From assembly GCA_020536535.1 (NCBI GenBank), contig JAHLWZ010000969.1, positions 1 through 35,728 of the forward strand: a stretch of DNA of 35,728 bases. The letters are read 5' to 3'. The notes beneath the pieces were generated by a model that saw only the letters and a list, made by a program, of their open reading frames with translations, did no database searches and had not been told where the DNA came from. This stretch comes from Pelomyxa schiedti. Lineage: Eukaryota > Protista > Evosea. The translations under genes were made by a program, and so were the position numbers. Positions within the stretch are counted from its first letter, which is position 1, and each line of letters opens with the position of its first letter. Below are positions 34,563-35,728 of the stretch, piece after piece.

Positions 34563-35170
34563 CACCGGCGGGCTTGTCAAAAGGAGAAAAACAAATTGAA
34601 TCTTTTAGTGAGCGAAGTGGCCCGATATTTTGCCGGGATTTGTTTTGCGGGGGAGCAAGCGGTACTCTCCCATTTGCTTTTTGTTGTCTTCTTCGCCACA
34701 ACTGTTTGCTTGTTTATTATTTTATTTATCGGAGTGGTGTTTTTGATTTTATTATTAAAATACAAATTAAATTTGATTTATTTTAAATAATTAACCATTA
34801 TTATTAATGGTTATATATGCGTATTAATTAATAATATATTATATATTATTAATTACGCCTCCAGTTCTTTTTTCCATTCGACCTGTATTAGAAGTCTCCG
34901 CACAACACCAGTTTTTACGCCGCTTTCAACCAGTATGTGGCTTCTTCTTTCTTCGTTTTCTCACGTAGGATAACTTAGGTGCCCGACGTGGTGTCTGTCA
35001 TCCCAGCTGGTAACTTCCTTCTGTATTTTATTATACTGGCACGGTGGTATGTATCTCTTTTTTTTACAGCTGCGCCAGCTGCCGAGATGGCAACCGCCAA
35101 CGTACATCCCTCCCCCCACTCAGAATGGGCAACCACCTCTATGTACAAGCCTGAAGTCGAAATCGACTTA
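34563..35170 (+). mobile_element. Second, deleted and truncated copy of the element (left arm only)
   Basis: Degenerate end TA|CACCGGCGGGCTTGTCAAAAGGAGAAAAACA; lacks the equivalent of ~31515-31700; 34853-35112 is closely similar to 31891-32162; shares cacctctatgtacaagcctgaagtcgaaatcgactt, then diverges. Confidence 0.82.
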
Positions 35171-35271
35171 CAAAAACGAGAAGGGCGGCTGTTTTGGTGT
35201 TTGGTCGTTGCGCCTTGTGATCACAAGTCACTGCCTATTCCCGTAACAGCGGCCCAAAATTCTTCTCTCAA

Positions 35272-35728
35272 ATGATCAGGCGGGCGTTTAGCATGACGGT
35301 GTTCCGTTTTAATGTGATGCCAGTCAGTGCCGCCGACCAATTCGTCGCACTGGCATGTGCATTTCTTCCCACTAACAACAACCACCTTTCTTCTTCTTTT
35401 TCACCAACCGCATCCACAGCCAGAACAACAACAACAGCAACAGCATACGGAACAACAGCGACAACAGCAACAGCAGATAAACCAAGGGGCATCCTGGGAC
35501 GAGTTGCGGCCTTGTGCTCTCATTCTGGTGGTGGTAGCGGCTCTACTACTTCTAGTGTCACTACAACAACAAGTGCAAGTGCAAGTGTCGGCGGCTCAGT
35601 TTCTAAGTCGTCATCAGCATCATGTTCTAATAATAAGAGTTGTGCGGGGTTATGCTGCATTGGAATGTTGCCACAATGGGTTGCGGTGGAGTGCATTGGA
35701 AAGAGGTGGGTGCTGGCCACTGAGAGGG
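35272..35728 (+). CDS. 5' part of another member of the intronless family (runs off the window; absent from the ORF track)
   Basis: Open frame of 152 codons: 'MIRRAFSMTVFRFNVMPVSAADQFVALACAF..[Thr/Ser-rich insert]..IGMLPQWVAVECIGKRWVLATER'. Confidence 0.7.
   Translation, partial: MIRRAFSMTVFRFNVMPVSAADQFVALACAFLPTNNNHLSSSFSPTASTARTTTTATAYGTTATTATADKPRGILGRVAALCSHSGGGSGSTTSSVTTTTSASASVGGSVSKSSSASCSNNKSCAGLCCIGMLPQWVAVECIGKRWVLATER

Noticed and set aside
1-35728. Co-location of TRIM, USP and putative adaptor genes as a functional ubiquitin cluster; CRISPR, tRNA or rRNA genes
   Set aside because: Eukaryotic adjacency alone does not imply a shared pathway; no repeat-spacer array or structural RNA signature was seen.

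Overview
Gene-dense eukaryotic (protist) genomic DNA with many short GT-AG introns of roughly 40-160 nt. The gene families and intron style resemble an archamoeba such as Pelomyxa; this is recall-based inference, not a search result. Left to right: the 3' end of a FN3-SPRY gene and its tandem paralog, a TRIM-like gene (RING, two B-boxes, coiled coil, filamin, three FN3, SPRY-like); a Pro/Ser-rich tail-anchored protein; IWS1/Spn1; an 11 kb USP9X/USP24/USP34-type deubiquitinase; and a Pho80/CYCU-type cyclin. An accessory region follows, with a deleted SPRY relic, four members of an intronless lineage-specific family sharing an N-terminal 'ARDQ(F/L)xALL..PRCG..SPA' motif, and a disrupted ROCO gene with degenerate GTPase and kinase motifs. 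The clearest unexplained structure is a 1.7 kb TA-flanked foldback element (31413-33107) with ~700 bp inverted arms, plus a second partial copy (34563-35170). Its arms keep inward-facing splice signals despite divergence, and each copy sits just upstream of a member of the intronless family. Exon boundaries were read by eye and are approximate.
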